A model generated the notes under the pieces. It was not told the DNA's origin, made no database searches, and worked only from the letters and a program-made list of their open reading frames with translations. From an archaeon (GTDB lineage Archaea; Nanobdellota; Nanobdellia; Pacearchaeales; UBA284): a stretch of 62,371 nt of DNA. Position numbers and translations under genes: made by a program. Every line of letters begins with the position of its first letter. Within the stretch, counting starts at the first letter, position 1. The stretch spans positions 519,341 through 581,711 of the forward strand of contig CP070794.1 of the NCBI GenBank assembly GCA_020343435.1, read 5' to 3'. Of this stretch, positions 61,982 to 62,371 are shown piece by piece.

Positions 61982-62371
61982 TTTAATAATTTAACATCTC
62001 TTATTATCTTCCATGTTTTACCTTCTTCCAAATTTGGATCATAAAAAGTAGAATATTTTATTAATTCTTTTTCTGTGAACTCCTTCAATATTTTGCTTTC
62101 AAACAATTCAATATTATTCAAAAATAAATCAAACTTTTTCTTAGATAGTTTTTGTTTCTTTACAACAGGACAAAAAGTCCAAAGAAACCATATAAGTCTT
62201 CCTTTATAATATTCTATATCGAATGGAAAGACTTCACAATCAAAAGGCCTAACTTTATGTATATTGCATCTATGCCTTTTTCTATTATAAAATATGCAAA
62301 GACCATCTTTATCTTGTTTTAAAACCCAATACTTTTTCTTTTTTTTGTAGAAATCCTTTTTACCCACTTTT
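61978..62371 (-). CDS. YkgJ-family Cys-cluster protein (probably 5'-truncated by the window edge)
   Basis: CIFYNRKRHRCNIHKVRPFDCEVFPF signature. The reading frame stays open to the window end. The track start is a GTG at 62367. Confidence 0.65.
   Translation of the reverse strand, partial: KVGKKDFYKKKKKYWVLKQDKDGLCIFYNRKRHRCNIHKVRPFDCEVFPFDIEYYKGRLIWFLWTFCPVVKKQKLSKKKFDLFLNNIELFESKILKEFTEKELIKYSTFYDPNLEEGKTWKIIRDVKLLK

Overview
Strongly AT-rich archaeal chromosome segment. Archaeal identity rests on ribosomal proteins L1/P0/P1, L21e, L18e, L13, S9 and S13-S4-S11, RNA polymerase subunits Rpo3/Rpo4/Rpo10, PolD DP1+DP2, Orc1/Cdc6, RNase P Rpp21, DUF655 and an archaeal/eukaryal-type GlyRS. Genes are short and tightly packed with many ATGA-type overlaps, almost no biosynthesis is encoded, and 5S rRNA stands alone. 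This fits a reduced, DPANN-like archaeon, but that is inference, not proof. Layout: (1) 0-20 kb is housekeeping: L1-P0-P1, a membrane/lipid-carrier cluster, glyS, tRNA-Ala, HIT, a Hef-like helicase, Grx, ThpR, an ureohydrolase, patatin and PurF. (2) 14.6-21.2 kb is a replication module, orc1-dp1-dp2, next to a textbook-looking oriC with inverted ORB-like boxes flanking an AT-rich unwinding element. (3) 21-49 kb is accessory. It holds repeat-containing HTH paralogs, HNH, two HEPN-type proteins, a Cas4-like nuclease, GIY-YIG, two APH-type kinases, CYTH, TspO, a UV glycosylase, an RRM protein, a Tes-like radical SAM enzyme, XerA and many ORFans. (4) 49-54 kb and 58-60 kb are r-protein/RNAP operons, interrupted by a 4 kb opposite-strand ABC-exporter operon; 5S rRNA, two tRNA-Leu and tRNA-Arg follow. 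The most interesting signal is a set of about 14 compositionally atypical ORFans that are richer in G+C and in R/G/P/E than the K/I/N-rich background. They lie mainly at 29.5-40.3 kb, plus 21.2 kb and 54.6-58.3 kb, and carry two private classes of expression signal. One class is a five-copy 5' leader in which a strong anti-16S box (AGAGGTGAT) is followed by a conserved CTCAGA/TCTGAG hairpin about 30 nt before the ATG. The other is a CACAATAAT-TTTAAA promoter box upstream of eight further genes. No CRISPR array, IS element or obvious prophage boundary was seen. Coordinates for RNA genes and motifs were derived by hand and may be off by 1-2 nt.
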